Below, in pieces: positions 28,451 through 38,054 of a stretch of DNA of 64,000 nt. Within the stretch, counting starts at the first letter, position 1. The number at the start of each line of letters is the position of its first letter. The stretch is from an uncultured bacterium (GTDB lineage Bacteria > Bacteroidota > Rhodothermia > Balneolales > DATFMH01): NCBI GenBank assembly GCA_963787205.1, contig CAWBCD010000006.1:171009-235008 (forward strand), in the 5' to 3' direction. Below the pieces are notes generated by a model. The model did not search any database and had not been told where the DNA came from. It was given only the letters and a program-made list of their open reading frames with translations. The translations under genes were made by a program, and so were the position numbers.

Positions 28451-28577
28451 GCCTAACAAGGCATTAAGGGGACTAAGCCGGTCGGGCATGAAATCCGCAT
28501 CTGGCTTGTGCATAAGGTCTTAGCTAAATTGACAAGCGTTGCTCGTATCTTAGCCCCTCACATAGGGATCGTTTAAG
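28451..28577 (+). repeat. attC-like intergenic repeat, copy 2 (the most complete copy)
   Basis: Starts with GCCTAAC (RYYYAAC) 9 nt after the stop of the preceding gene. AAGGGGACTAAG (28466-28477) can pair with CTTAGCCCCT (28549-28558), leaving one bulged A. Ends GTTTAAG. Confidence 0.6.
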
Positions 28578-28837
28578 GGTTATGAACAGGGTTCTTAACA
28601 TAACTTTATTTCGAAAGTACGAAAGGAGTAAAATATTATAAAAGAGCAAAAGAAAAACGATATAAGTTTTGTCCCGGTTCTTGCCAACTTGTATGGGAAG
28701 ATATTGGGAAACAAAAAGCGTAAACCTGTGGTCAAAGGCAACAGAGGGCATTTCGATGAGATTGCTTTTGCCAATACTAAGATGAAAACCGGATCAGGTA
28801 CGTCAACACACCCTGCGGCGTGTCTGGAGCCAGAGCC

Positions 28838-29410
28838 ATGACCCAGTTCGATTACATCGTGGTGCTCGTCTCGGTTATTGTTGGGCTCGGCGTCGTTCAC
28901 CTGCTTGCCGGGGTAGCTCGATTCCTTACCCGTCGAGACGAGTGGAAGCCATACTGGGTGCATCTGCTTTGGACGTGGAATGTCTTCAACTACCTGGTCT
29001 TCTTCTGGTGGTTTGTCTACCGTTGGAAAACGGTCCCGCAATGGTCACTCGGGCTCTTCCTTTTCGTACTCCTGTACTCGGTCGTGATATACCTGCTTTG
29101 CGCGGTCCTTTACCCGGAGAAAGAAGACCGCAGAGCCTTTCGAGAAATATACTTTGAGAACAAGAGCGTCTTCTTCGGTTTGTGGATCATCCTTATAGTT
29201 TTTGATTTCGTTGACACCCATCTCAAGGAGCATTACGGACTCAGCGGCTTCGGTGTATTTCAGATTGTGAACTATTTGGTGATCGTTGTTGGCTCGGCAA
29301 TCGCCGCACGTTCAAAGAGTCACCGGGTACACGCAATATGGGCCATTCTATTCTTCGTGATCATTTCCACGTTCGAGTATATCAACTTCCGCATTCTCAG
29401 GACCAACTAG
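28838..29410 (+). CDS. Membrane protein of unknown function (about 6 TM)
   Basis: MTQFDYIVVLVSVIVGLGVVHLL... Hydrophobic throughout and GC-richer than the flanking cassettes. Confidence 0.55.
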   Translation: MTQFDYIVVLVSVIVGLGVVHLLAGVARFLTRRDEWKPYWVHLLWTWNVFNYLVFFWWFVYRWKTVPQWSLGLFLFVLLYSVVIYLLCAVLYPEKEDRRAFREIYFENKSVFFGLWIILIVFDFVDTHLKEHYGLSGFGVFQIVNYLVIVVGSAIAARSKSHRVHAIWAILFFVIISTFEYINFRILRTN

Positions 29411-29417
29411 ACTTCGA

Positions 29418-29515
29418 TCGGCTGTATGTCAGAGCTGATCACTTGTGTTCACAGTTTTAACTACATTGACAATCGTTGCTCGTATCTTAGCCCCTTATGC
29501 GCAGGGTCGTTAGGC
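29418..29515 (+). repeat. attC-like intergenic repeat, copy 3 (ends in GTTAGGC)
   Basis: ..CACTTGTGTTCACAGTTTTAACTACATTGACAATCGTTGCTCGTATCTTAGCCCCTTATGCGCAGGGTCGTTAGGC. It ends 19 nt before the next ATG. Confidence 0.6.
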
Positions 29516-29534
29516 AAACATCAAATATTGAGAG

Positions 29535-30158
29535 ATGACCGAAAAATTATCAAAATATAAATTTAGAAGAATTGCAACAGAATCGTTTAAAAATGGATTG
29601 AGATTGCATTTTGATTCAATCAAACTTTTCAAAACTGATTCATATCCATCTTCTTTAATGTTGGCAATTATCGCTTTAGAGGAATTTTCAAAATCTAACT
29701 GGGTTGAACATTACTATTGGTCGTCGATTACTGGTTCCTTTCCTGATGTTGAATTTGAACAAGAATGGTTAAAATTATTATATAAGCATCCCAAAAAACA
29801 GAAAGCATTTTTGGGCTGGGGAGATGCCTTTGAATATTCACCAAGGTTTATCAAATCAATTGAGAATAATGAATTGGAGATACTAAAACAAAAAGCCACG
29901 TACGTAGGTTTAAATAGAATAAAAGGCAAGGTAGATGTAAAGAGTAGAATATCTATACCCCAAAAAACTAATCAATCAGAACCAAAGAAAATAATATCCC
30001 TTAACAATAATTATCTATTGGAAATTTGCGAGAGAAAAAAAATTCAAGAAATTTATTTTGATATTGAAGAGAAAGATGATTTGATAACAGATGAATTGTA
30101 TGAAAAATTAAAAAAATGGAAATATAAAAGTGGGTTGCGATCTAATAAATTTTATTAA
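29535..30158 (+). CDS. AbiV-like (HEPN-type) abortive-infection protein, tentative
   Basis: 207 aa. N-terminal ESFKNGLRLHFDSIKLFKTDSYPSSLMLAIIALEEFSKS matches the AbiV-family pattern as I recall it (..Na..L..Da..L...gsy..A..LailAiEElgK). Confidence 0.55.
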   Translation: MTEKLSKYKFRRIATESFKNGLRLHFDSIKLFKTDSYPSSLMLAIIALEEFSKSNWVEHYYWSSITGSFPDVEFEQEWLKLLYKHPKKQKAFLGWGDAFEYSPRFIKSIENNELEILKQKATYVGLNRIKGKVDVKSRISIPQKTNQSEPKKIISLNNNYLLEICERKKIQEIYFDIEEKDDLITDELYEKLKKWKYKSGLRSNKFY

Positions 30159-30547
30159 GATTGGAAACAAATATTAAATAAATATGGAAAATAAATTTGA
30201 TTGTACAACTTCCAAACAAAGGTCTGTACGGTGAAATTGACAACTTGGTCATTAAGTTATTGGTACAGAATATTTAATTAGTGCCATTGTTTAGTGAAAA
30301 CAGTTATTTATGAAATGCTATATAAAGGAGTTGAATTGAAATCAAAAGATCATCAAAAACTGGTTACAGCTATCATGTCATGGAATGATGGTCATTCCGG
30401 CCCAAACTGACCCCCAAAATCCGGTGAACCTGCCCCTGGGTCAGTATCTGCCATTCCGGCATAGTGACCCCCTCTCCGGATAAAAAAAGGTTTTGGTTGA
30501 TAGCTTGGTGAGTAATCGATCATCTACTCACTAATCTTGATTTCTCA

Positions 30548-32121
30548 ATGGCAGCTAAACCAAAACCTATGTCACAAATTAAGCAAATATTACGCCTGCA
30601 CCAGCAGGGCAAATCCATTAAGTTTATGGTCCGGAATCTGTCGGTCTCCCGCAATACGGTCCCGAAAGCTTTCGGGATCTGGCTTTGGGGAAGGCCAGTG
30701 GACGCGGTATCGAGGAACTGCTGAGTCTGGAAGAGACCGAACTGGAACAGATTCTGAGCCCGGCAGGCGGAGCCGAACAAACCGACCGCTATGGGGACCT
30801 GGCCGGTCAATATGATTATTTCTGCAAGGAACTCGCCCGCACCGGCGTCACTCGTTGGCTCTTGTGGAGTGAGTACCGGCAGAGTCATCCGGACGGGTAC
30901 AGCTACAGCCAGTTTTGCTGGCATCTGGCTCGGATGGGAGAGGCTCGTAAGACTACCATGGGAAACCTGCCTCATCCGGCGGGCGAGCAAACCTACATCG
31001 ATTTTGCCGGCAAGTATGGCGAGTATGTGGATCGGGATAGCGGAGAGATCCGACGGGTACCCCTGCTGGTGATGACCCTGGGTTATAGTCAATATAGTTA
31101 TGTGGAAGCTCTGCCTTCCGGGAACAGCGAAGATCTTATCGAAGGATTGAGCCGGGGGTTCATCTGGTTTGGCGGGGTCACCCAAGCGCTGATCCCCGAC
31201 AACATGAAGACCGCCGTGGTCAAGGCCGACCGCTATGAGCCGGGGATCAACAAGGTGTTGGAAGACCTGGCTAACCACTATCAGACGGTCATCCTGCCGG
31301 CCCGTCCAGGCCACCCCAGGGACAAGCCCCTGGTTGAGATGAGCGTGCGGGAGGTCTACCGTCAGATAGTGGCTCCTCTTCGAAACCGGACCTTCTTCAG
31401 CCTGAACGAACTCAACGGGGCGATTTGCCAGCAGTTGCAGGCTTGGGGGGAGCGGGCTTTTCAGGGTCGGGAAGAGACCCGTCGCGGGCGATTTGAGGCC
31501 GAACGGCAGGCCCTGGGTCCGCTGCCCACCGAACCCTTCCTGATCAAAAAACAGGTGAGCCTGACCGTGCGAAACAACTCGCACATCCAGATCCGGGAAG
31601 ACAAGCACTACTACAGCGTGCCCCACACGTACATCAGGGGGAAGGTAAAGATCATCTATACCAGCCGGCTGGTTCAGATCTTCTGCCGGGGCAGCCTGAT
31701 CGCCTCTCATCCCCGCGATCGCACGCCCTGGGGTTACACAACGGTTAAAGACCATCTACCTTCCCAGCATCAGTACTGGAGCGAGCGGGGAGCGGACTGG
31801 TACCGGCAGCGCGGGCGTGGGATCTCGGCGGAAGTGGGTCAGCTAGTCGAGCGGATCCTGACCTGCCGGACCTACCCCGAACAAGCCTTTCGCAGTCTGG
31901 ACGGGGTGCTCGGACTCCACCGCAAGGTGGGGACCGAGCAACTCACCGAAGCCGCCCGCATCGCTCTGAGCCTGGATCAGTGTAATTATAGCTTCCTGGC
32001 CCGGCTGATCAAAAACGGAATGGCAGGCGGGGAGGCTGCTCCGCCTGGTCCACCAGCCAGACTCCCTGACCACGAGAATATCCGTGGCAAAGAATATTTC
32101 CAACAATCCCTTAACCTCTAA
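30548..32121 (+). CDS. istA: IS21 transposase IstA (apparent frame break near 30660-30690)
   Basis: The N-terminal HTH MSQIKQILRLHQQGKSIKFMVRNLSVSRNTV is in one frame. The body (ORF 30685..32121), with the DDE region (..YIDFAG..LVMTLGYSQYSYVEA..IPDNMKTAV..), is in another. Confidence 0.8.
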
Positions 32122-32132
32122 TCAACCCTTCT

Positions 32133-32868
32133 ATGAATACCTCTAAGAACGAAGAACTCATGCATGAACTCCGACTCCACGGCATGCTGGTCCCGAAGGC
32201 ATTCGGGACAGGCTCTCTTGGAAACCCGCTCTCACACGAACCTGTCTCTGCCGGAAGGCCTGCAGCATCTGCTCCAGGCCGAATGGCTCCAGCGGGGCCA
32301 GCGTCGGGTGAGCAGGCTACGCAAAGCCGCCGGCTTCCGCTATCAGGCCAGCCTGGAAGAACTCGCATGGACTCCGGACCGCGGACTTGACAAAAACACC
32401 ATTGCTCTGCTTGCCGACGGACAATATATCCAGGGCGGACAGGCGGTCTTGATTACCGGTCCGACCGGCAGCGGAAAGAGTTTTCTGGCCTCGGCTCTGG
32501 GTCAGCAGGCCTGTGAGTTGGGTTACCGGACCGGTTATTTTAACATGCAAAAAATCCTCCATGCCTTCCTTCTGGCTCGGGCTGACGGAACGATTCTGAA
32601 GCTGCTGGACAAGATTGCCCGCACGCACCTGCTCATCCTCGATGATTTTGGACTCCGGCCTCTTGATGCCCAACAGCGGCTGGATCTGTTAGATATGGTG
32701 GAAGACCGTCACGGAAAGATGGCTACGATCATTGTCAGTCAGCTTCCCCTGGCCAACTGGTATGATGTGATTGGAGAGGGCACGATTGCCGATGCCATTC
32801 TGGACCGGCTTATTCACACCTCCTACCGCATTGAATTACACGGAGAAAGTATGAGAAAAAAACAGTAA
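32133..32868 (+). CDS. istB: IS21 helper ATPase IstB (apparent frame break near 32190-32215)
   Basis: Walker A ITGPTGSGKSFLA and Walker B LLILDDFG. The IstB-like N-terminus MNTSKNEELMHELRLHGM is in the frame starting at 32133; the body is in the frame of ORF 32164..32868. Confidence 0.8.
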
Positions 32869-33018
32869 TATTGTCATAGCCAAAAAGGAACCCAACCAAG
32901 CCCGATGGGGGGTCACTTTCACCGGAATGAGGGGTCAGCTTCTCCGGAATAACCAAATGATGAGTCTGTGGATGTGACTCGAGGTAAGCAGAATTTGGTA
33001 AGAACGTATGTTGCTGTT

Positions 33019-33645
33019 TCAGGAAGTGACTGAACGTCTGAAATTTTTCACGAGCATCTTTTGAGCCTCATCCGAACCAAGTCGTGCGGCTCTCTTTAAA
33101 TCATCTTCTGCATAATTGAGATTTCCGTACTTCCAGTAAGCATAACCTCTTTGGAATAAAGCATCCTTGTTATTAGGATTCAAACGCAATGACAGATTGT
33201 AATCCTGAATAGCGTCGATATTTTTTCGAAATATGTATAGGTTAATCATACCCCGAATGAGGTAAGTTTCCGAATCGTTTCCCGCCAGTCTGATCGCAAG
33301 GTTAATATCAGTAAGAGCTCTTTTCCCATTGCCCAGGTTCATTTCCACCAATGCCTTTCTTTTTATGGCTTCGACATCACGTGGATGAGAACTGGTCAGT
33401 TCATCATAATAAAACAAGGCTGATTTTAAATTCCCCCCTGTCTCGCTTACATAACCCATAACTAATAAAGCAATCGGATTATCAGGCTCTTTTTCTAAAA
33501 TATCAGATGCAATTTGATTGGCGTGCTTATAGTCCTCAATCTGCAGATAAAATTTACAAAGCTCGTTCTCGAAAATATTTATAGGCGCTCTTTTATTATC
33601 AGAATTCATTTTTATATCCCAAATATCATCATTAGTAATAGACAT
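33019..33645 (-). CDS. TPR-repeat protein
   Basis: Repeating 34-aa helical pattern (A..Y.....P.N..AL...G..Y...G....A...Y..AL.L.P.N). Confidence 0.75.
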   Translation of the reverse strand: MSITNDDIWDIKMNSDNKRAPINIFENELCKFYLQIEDYKHANQIASDILEKEPDNPIALLVMGYVSETGGNLKSALFYYDELTSSHPRDVEAIKRKALVEMNLGNGKRALTDINLAIRLAGNDSETYLIRGMINLYIFRKNIDAIQDYNLSLRLNPNNKDALFQRGYAYWKYGNLNYAEDDLKRAARLGSDEAQKMLVKNFRRSVTS

Positions 33646-34572
33646 TGTCTATTTACTAACCTAACGTTTTCAATAGCACCATAATTCCAATCTTTATTAT
33701 AGATACAGAGTAAAAAAGATTCTTTTATTTTACTTATATAATAATATTTAAACCATTAAAAGAGTTTTAATACCTTAATTTATTGATCTTAATTCTTTCA
33801 ATACTTATTTAAAATATATTCAGGTTAAATGACTGTTTAGCAGCAGAATATATTATCAAAAAGCCGATCATTCGTGTTCCATTTATTATTTGGATAGTTT
33901 TCTACATTGATCATATTTTAACGTGAGTTCAACAAAAGAGCACCTCACACAAAACGCACAACCTCAATTTCATTTCGAGCGAAGTGAAATCCCGACACAT
34001 CTGGATCGGAATGACAGTGGGGGTTCGTAGTTGGTTTTGCTTAATTCATCTGTTATTATTCCACGCAACCGATAAGATTTCACTTCTGAAATTCCAACCA
34101 ATCCAATCGCACTGACTTAGCATATAAAGGATATAACAACGATTTTGTAACCACAGACTTGTCGGGCTGAAGCTTAATCGGTCATCACACCTTGAAGAAT
34201 CAATTTGAAATCACAACTGAAGCGTATAATTATAGCAAGGATACGCCGGCTACCATTATCATCATTACCTGTAATCTCTCCGGACATCTCCTCAAGCCAG
34301 GTTTCAATGCTGTTCTTGAAAAGCTTGAAAAATAATCAGTGGAAGACCATTTGTATGCAATATACTATTGTTAACATATCACTTACGGATACTCTAAATT
34401 TAATTTTCATTTATTTCTGGAAAATTGTTTTAAAATCTGAAAACTTCAGTAATTATATGCATATTTACTTTACTTTTGAGACGAAAAGTCGATCATCATC
34501 AGAGATAATGGCTTTTTCTGATACCGGCAAAGACAATAAAATTTGTCCTTATTCAGTAACCTGTTACAGACT

Positions 34573-34947
34573 ATGAGTGATCCCAAAGGAATAATGATCG
34601 TTGAAGACGAGATGCTGCTTTCCCTCGTCTACGATAACTATATTAAGAAACTAGGCTGGAAAACGTTAGGAAAATTTGTTGACGGTAACTCCGCCGTCCA
34701 GGGTGTAAAGGACCTGAACCCTGATCTTATCCTGATGGATATTTTTCTCAAGGGCGATATGGATGGCATCGATACAATGAAGCAGATCAGAGAGTTTTCT
34801 GATGCACCTGTAATTTATATTACGGGTAATTCAGATCTGCATCATGCCGAGCGCGCAAAAGACACTGGATATGTTGATTATCTGATCAAACCTATCACAC
34901 TCGATGATCTTAAGACAGCCGTGGTGAAGCTGGAGCAGGAATTGTAA
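34573..34947 (+). CDS. Stand-alone response-regulator receiver (CheY-like)
   Basis: IMIVEDE, DLILMDIFL (phospho-acceptor Asp) and the T/K positions (YITGNS, LIKP). ATG at 34573 preferred over 34543. Confidence 0.85.
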   Translation: MSDPKGIMIVEDEMLLSLVYDNYIKKLGWKTLGKFVDGNSAVQGVKDLNPDLILMDIFLKGDMDGIDTMKQIREFSDAPVIYITGNSDLHHAERAKDTGYVDYLIKPITLDDLKTAVVKLEQEL

Positions 34948-34969
34948 TCCTGACTGATTATTTCAATAA

Positions 34970-35008
34970 CAAAGGCTGATACCGTTTCTGGCACCAGCCT
35001 TTGTTTTA
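34970..35008. terminator. Bidirectional terminator between convergent genes
   Basis: Stem CAAAGGCTG / CAGCCTTTG, flanked by A/T runs on both sides. Confidence 0.7.
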
Positions 35009-35019
35009 AAATGCCATCA

Positions 35020-36546
35020 TTAGCGTATCAGCAGCATTTTCCGTATCTGGCTGAATTCATCTGTTTGTAACCGATAGAAGTAAATTCCACTTGCCAGCTG
35101 CGCAGCATTAAAACGGACGAGATAGGAACCCGCGCCCTGTGTTTGGTTGACTAGCATGCCAACCTGACGTCCGGTCAAGTCGTAAACAGTTAATCGAACC
35201 ATCCCTGTTTTTGCCAATTTATACTGGATGACGGTACTCGGATTAAACGGATTGGGATAGTTTTGGAGCAATTCAAACCTGTCGGGTATGCTGGCGGTCT
35301 GAGTTTGTTCAATAGGAGTGGGCACTTCGGTTGGTCTGTTTTGTGTAAATGTATTTGTCTGGGACAGGAAACTTGACCAGCTTACCCCCAACCAATAATC
35401 AGTTGTCATTCTTACCATATTTCCATTGCTGTCGAATGTTGAACGAATACGAAAATTGTTCATCCAATCCGTACCGGTCCACATCTGGGTTAAATATTCG
35501 GTCACCTGGTTGCTGGCATTATATGTATAAACTATTCGATACTGATCGATCCAATTCGCCCCGTCCCAGGCTTGCTCAACCATCGTGGCAAAATCCAGTG
35601 TTGTCGACGACGAGTGGTAGGTAAACAGGGTCTTTGTAGTATCAATCCAGTTACTCCCCCTGTATATCTGTTCAATCATTTGGTTTGGCCTGTTATACGA
35701 ATCATAGCTGTAGATATCTTTTGTACTGTCGGCCCATTGACCGTTTGTCCAAACCTGATACAGTTCGGTACTGATATTATTGTTATCAATGGTATAAACA
35801 TATTGATCCACGTTTACCCAGTTGCTTCCATCCCAGTTTTGGTACAGCTCGAGTGTTGGCTGCATAGCTTGTCCGTAACTGTATGAAGTCCGATCGTAAT
35901 TCACCCAGTCGCTCGTGCCCCAGTCCTGGTTGATAATCTCGGTCTCTCTGTTCTGACCGTCATAGTTCGTAATCATTTTATAACTGTTGACCCAGCCGTT
36001 ATTCATCCAAAACTGAGAATAATGCTCCGTCTCCAGATTAGATGCGTTGTAGCTATACAGGATCTGGTTCAGGTTATCAAATTGTCCGCTCGTTTTATTC
36101 CAGCTGGTCGTCAGGTCCTTGGTAACATTATTATTGGTGTCGTACGTGTACTCGTCCAGCAACGAATTTTCGAATTTACCGGTAGTATCATTGTATATCT
36201 TATACAGGGCCTTCGTGCTGTCGTCATTTGTGTTGTAGGCGTAAAAAATTTGGCTGACAGAGATCTTGGATCCCGGGAATAGCGGAAACAGAGTATCCTG
36301 CGACGATTCAAGATACCAGGTTGCGTTGATTGTCCGAAGCTGATCCTGACCGTTAATACTATTCACCAAATTGCGCAGTCCATTCGCGGGTATAGATTTA
36401 GCTTTGGGCACATGAATTTTCGATGAAATGCGTTTCATGGGAGATAGTTTACCAGAAAACTGCTGAGACTGTGCATTTACTGTTCCAAATGCAAGTAAAA
36501 TCACAATGATCGACGTTGTAAGCCTGATCTTATTAGCAAGGTACAT
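35020..36546 (-). CDS. Secreted repeat protein with a T9SS C-terminal sorting domain
   Basis: Signal peptide. Many W.N..(K/R)..Y.YD..N-type repeats. C-terminus QNYPNPFNPSTVIQY..GIYFYRLQTDEFSQIRKMLLIR. Confidence 0.8.
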   Translation of the reverse strand: MYLANKIRLTTSIIVILLAFGTVNAQSQQFSGKLSPMKRISSKIHVPKAKSIPANGLRNLVNSINGQDQLRTINATWYLESSQDTLFPLFPGSKISVSQIFYAYNTNDDSTKALYKIYNDTTGKFENSLLDEYTYDTNNNVTKDLTTSWNKTSGQFDNLNQILYSYNASNLETEHYSQFWMNNGWVNSYKMITNYDGQNRETEIINQDWGTSDWVNYDRTSYSYGQAMQPTLELYQNWDGSNWVNVDQYVYTIDNNNISTELYQVWTNGQWADSTKDIYSYDSYNRPNQMIEQIYRGSNWIDTTKTLFTYHSSSTTLDFATMVEQAWDGANWIDQYRIVYTYNASNQVTEYLTQMWTGTDWMNNFRIRSTFDSNGNMVRMTTDYWLGVSWSSFLSQTNTFTQNRPTEVPTPIEQTQTASIPDRFELLQNYPNPFNPSTVIQYKLAKTGMVRLTVYDLTGRQVGMLVNQTQGAGSYLVRFNAAQLASGIYFYRLQTDEFSQIRKMLLIR

Positions 36547-36867
36547 AGTGAATCCTCCACTTTAATCTTGATAGAATTGTTATAACAAAATGTCTAAGAG
36601 AAATGCAGATTTTAAATGATAGTAAAAACAGTGGTCTACAGATATATAATGTTTTCTAATAATTGACAATGTGTATTTGCACAGTAAAGGCACTCATTTT
36701 TATTAAGCCTCACATGATGCTATCTTCCTGCGTTCTTTCGATATTATCCTATGGAAAGTCGCCTTTTCGTCTACGATTTCGCATTTCCATGTTTCCGCCA
36801 GCGTGAGAACGGGAAAAATATCCAGCAGCTGTTTTTCATATAACCAATCCTCCAAATATCTAACTCC

Positions 36868-37641
36868 ATGTACCGGGTTCAGCTACAAAATTTTGAAGGA
36901 CCTCTCGATTTGTTGCTCTTTTTTATAAAGCGTGATGAATTGGATATCTATGATATTCCTATCTCATATATCACGGAACAATTTCTCAAATACATTCACT
37001 TCCTTGAAGAATTAGATCTAAACGTTGCCAGTGAATTTATCCTGATGGCCAGTACCTTAATGGCAATAAAGGCTAAAATGATGCTCCCACGCGATCAAGA
37101 TGCCTTTGAAGAGGATCCGGAGGCAGACCCACGCTACGAGCTGGTACAGGCATTGCTGGAATACAAGCGGTATCGCGAAATGGCAGAAGAATTGCACGTA
37201 ATGGATGTTCAAAACCGTCAGCTCTATTACCGCGGCAACCGGAAAGCAGATGTCCTAGAACCGGAAGTAGACAGCGGTGAGGTCCTCCGTAATATCACAC
37301 TCTACGATTTAATGGCCGCCTTTAAAAAAGTGATGACCGAATCGGTCCGGGAAGAAGTGTATCATAATGTGGAACGCGTACCTACCAATATCGAGGAACA
37401 AAGCATTTATGTCATTGAGCATCTGAGTAAAACGGGGAGACAATCATTTAAAGAACTTTGCTCCGGACTCGCCCATCGTATCAAAATCGTAGTTACTTTT
37501 CTGGCCATCCTGGAATTAATCAAAGAGCGAACATTACAGTTGCTTTTAGGGGAGAATCCAACCGATTTCCATATTGAATTATATCCTGATGTCAACCCTG
37601 ATGCGGCCATCCAGGAACACAAAAATAAAATGCCCCGGTAA
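36868..37641 (+). CDS. scpA: Segregation and condensation protein A
   Basis: VQLQNFEGPLDLLLFFIKRDELDIYDIPISYITEQF is the canonical ScpA N-terminus. Confidence 0.9.
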   Translation: MYRVQLQNFEGPLDLLLFFIKRDELDIYDIPISYITEQFLKYIHFLEELDLNVASEFILMASTLMAIKAKMMLPRDQDAFEEDPEADPRYELVQALLEYKRYREMAEELHVMDVQNRQLYYRGNRKADVLEPEVDSGEVLRNITLYDLMAAFKKVMTESVREEVYHNVERVPTNIEEQSIYVIEHLSKTGRQSFKELCSGLAHRIKIVVTFLAILELIKERTLQLLLGENPTDFHIELYPDVNPDAAIQEHKNKMPR

Positions 37642-37882
37642 TCCAGCCCCTCTATTTTATTTCGACCTCCCGGATCAGCATGTCCAGCTCGGATTTTTGA
37701 AGTCATAATCAACTGGCTTAACAAATAGCAAATCTGATGCTTAAATAACGCAATTCGGAACAGCCGGAGGATACGGTCGATCAACGATGGATGCGTAATC
37801 ATCCAAAGGTAATCGATAATTGGATTCCCAAGAACGATGAAACGGCAATGAAGTAAAAAAGGACTTGTTATTAGTTTATCGC

Positions 37883-37917
37883 CCTGTCATAGAGTTAAAC
37901 TGTGACAGGTTTTTTTG
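37883..37917 (+). terminator. Rho-independent terminator-like hairpin about 240 nt past scpA
   Basis: Stem CCTGTCA / TGACAGG followed by T7. I could find no ORF between 37642 and 37883. Confidence 0.6.
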
Positions 37918-38054
37918 TTGCTGTTTCCTATTTGCTAATCACTGTTAACTGTTGGCCTATATTGGTACTTTATGCTGCCAAACGATATACAGTAATTTTC
38001 ATGTTGGATAGACAAAAGTCCTCTTAAGAGACCATTAGAAAAATTGGAGATTTC

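Larger units (their letters stand above)
30389..32955 (+). mobile_element. IS21-family insertion sequence (2567 bp) with a 5-bp target-site duplication AATGA
   Basis: Ends TGGTCATTCCGG... / ...CCGGAATAACCA (TG..CA). ATTCCGG-N6-7-(C/G)TGACCCC boxes are reiterated at both ends. AATGA at 30384-30388 and 32956-32960. Carries istA plus istB and is GC-rich relative to the flanks. Confidence 0.88.

Noticed and set aside
30520-31755. A 411-aa ORF on the minus strand inside IS21.
   Set aside because: It is antisense to istA in GC-rich DNA, has a low-complexity Pro/Gly/Arg/Leu-rich translation and shows no motifs. This is a typical shadow ORF.
33930-34030. GTCATTCCGA...TCGGGATTTC-type element, with a similar GTCATGCTGAGGCCGAAGGACC element at 17775-17815, as a dispersed REP family or solo IS21 end.
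   Set aside because: Only about 9-10 nt are shared with each other or with the IS21 terminal repeat, which is too little to call a repeat family from this window alone.
34205-34576. A 123-aa ORF in the long AT-rich spacer upstream of the receiver gene.
   Set aside because: The composition is low-complexity and AT-driven, no motif was found, and it overlaps the better-supported receiver gene start region.
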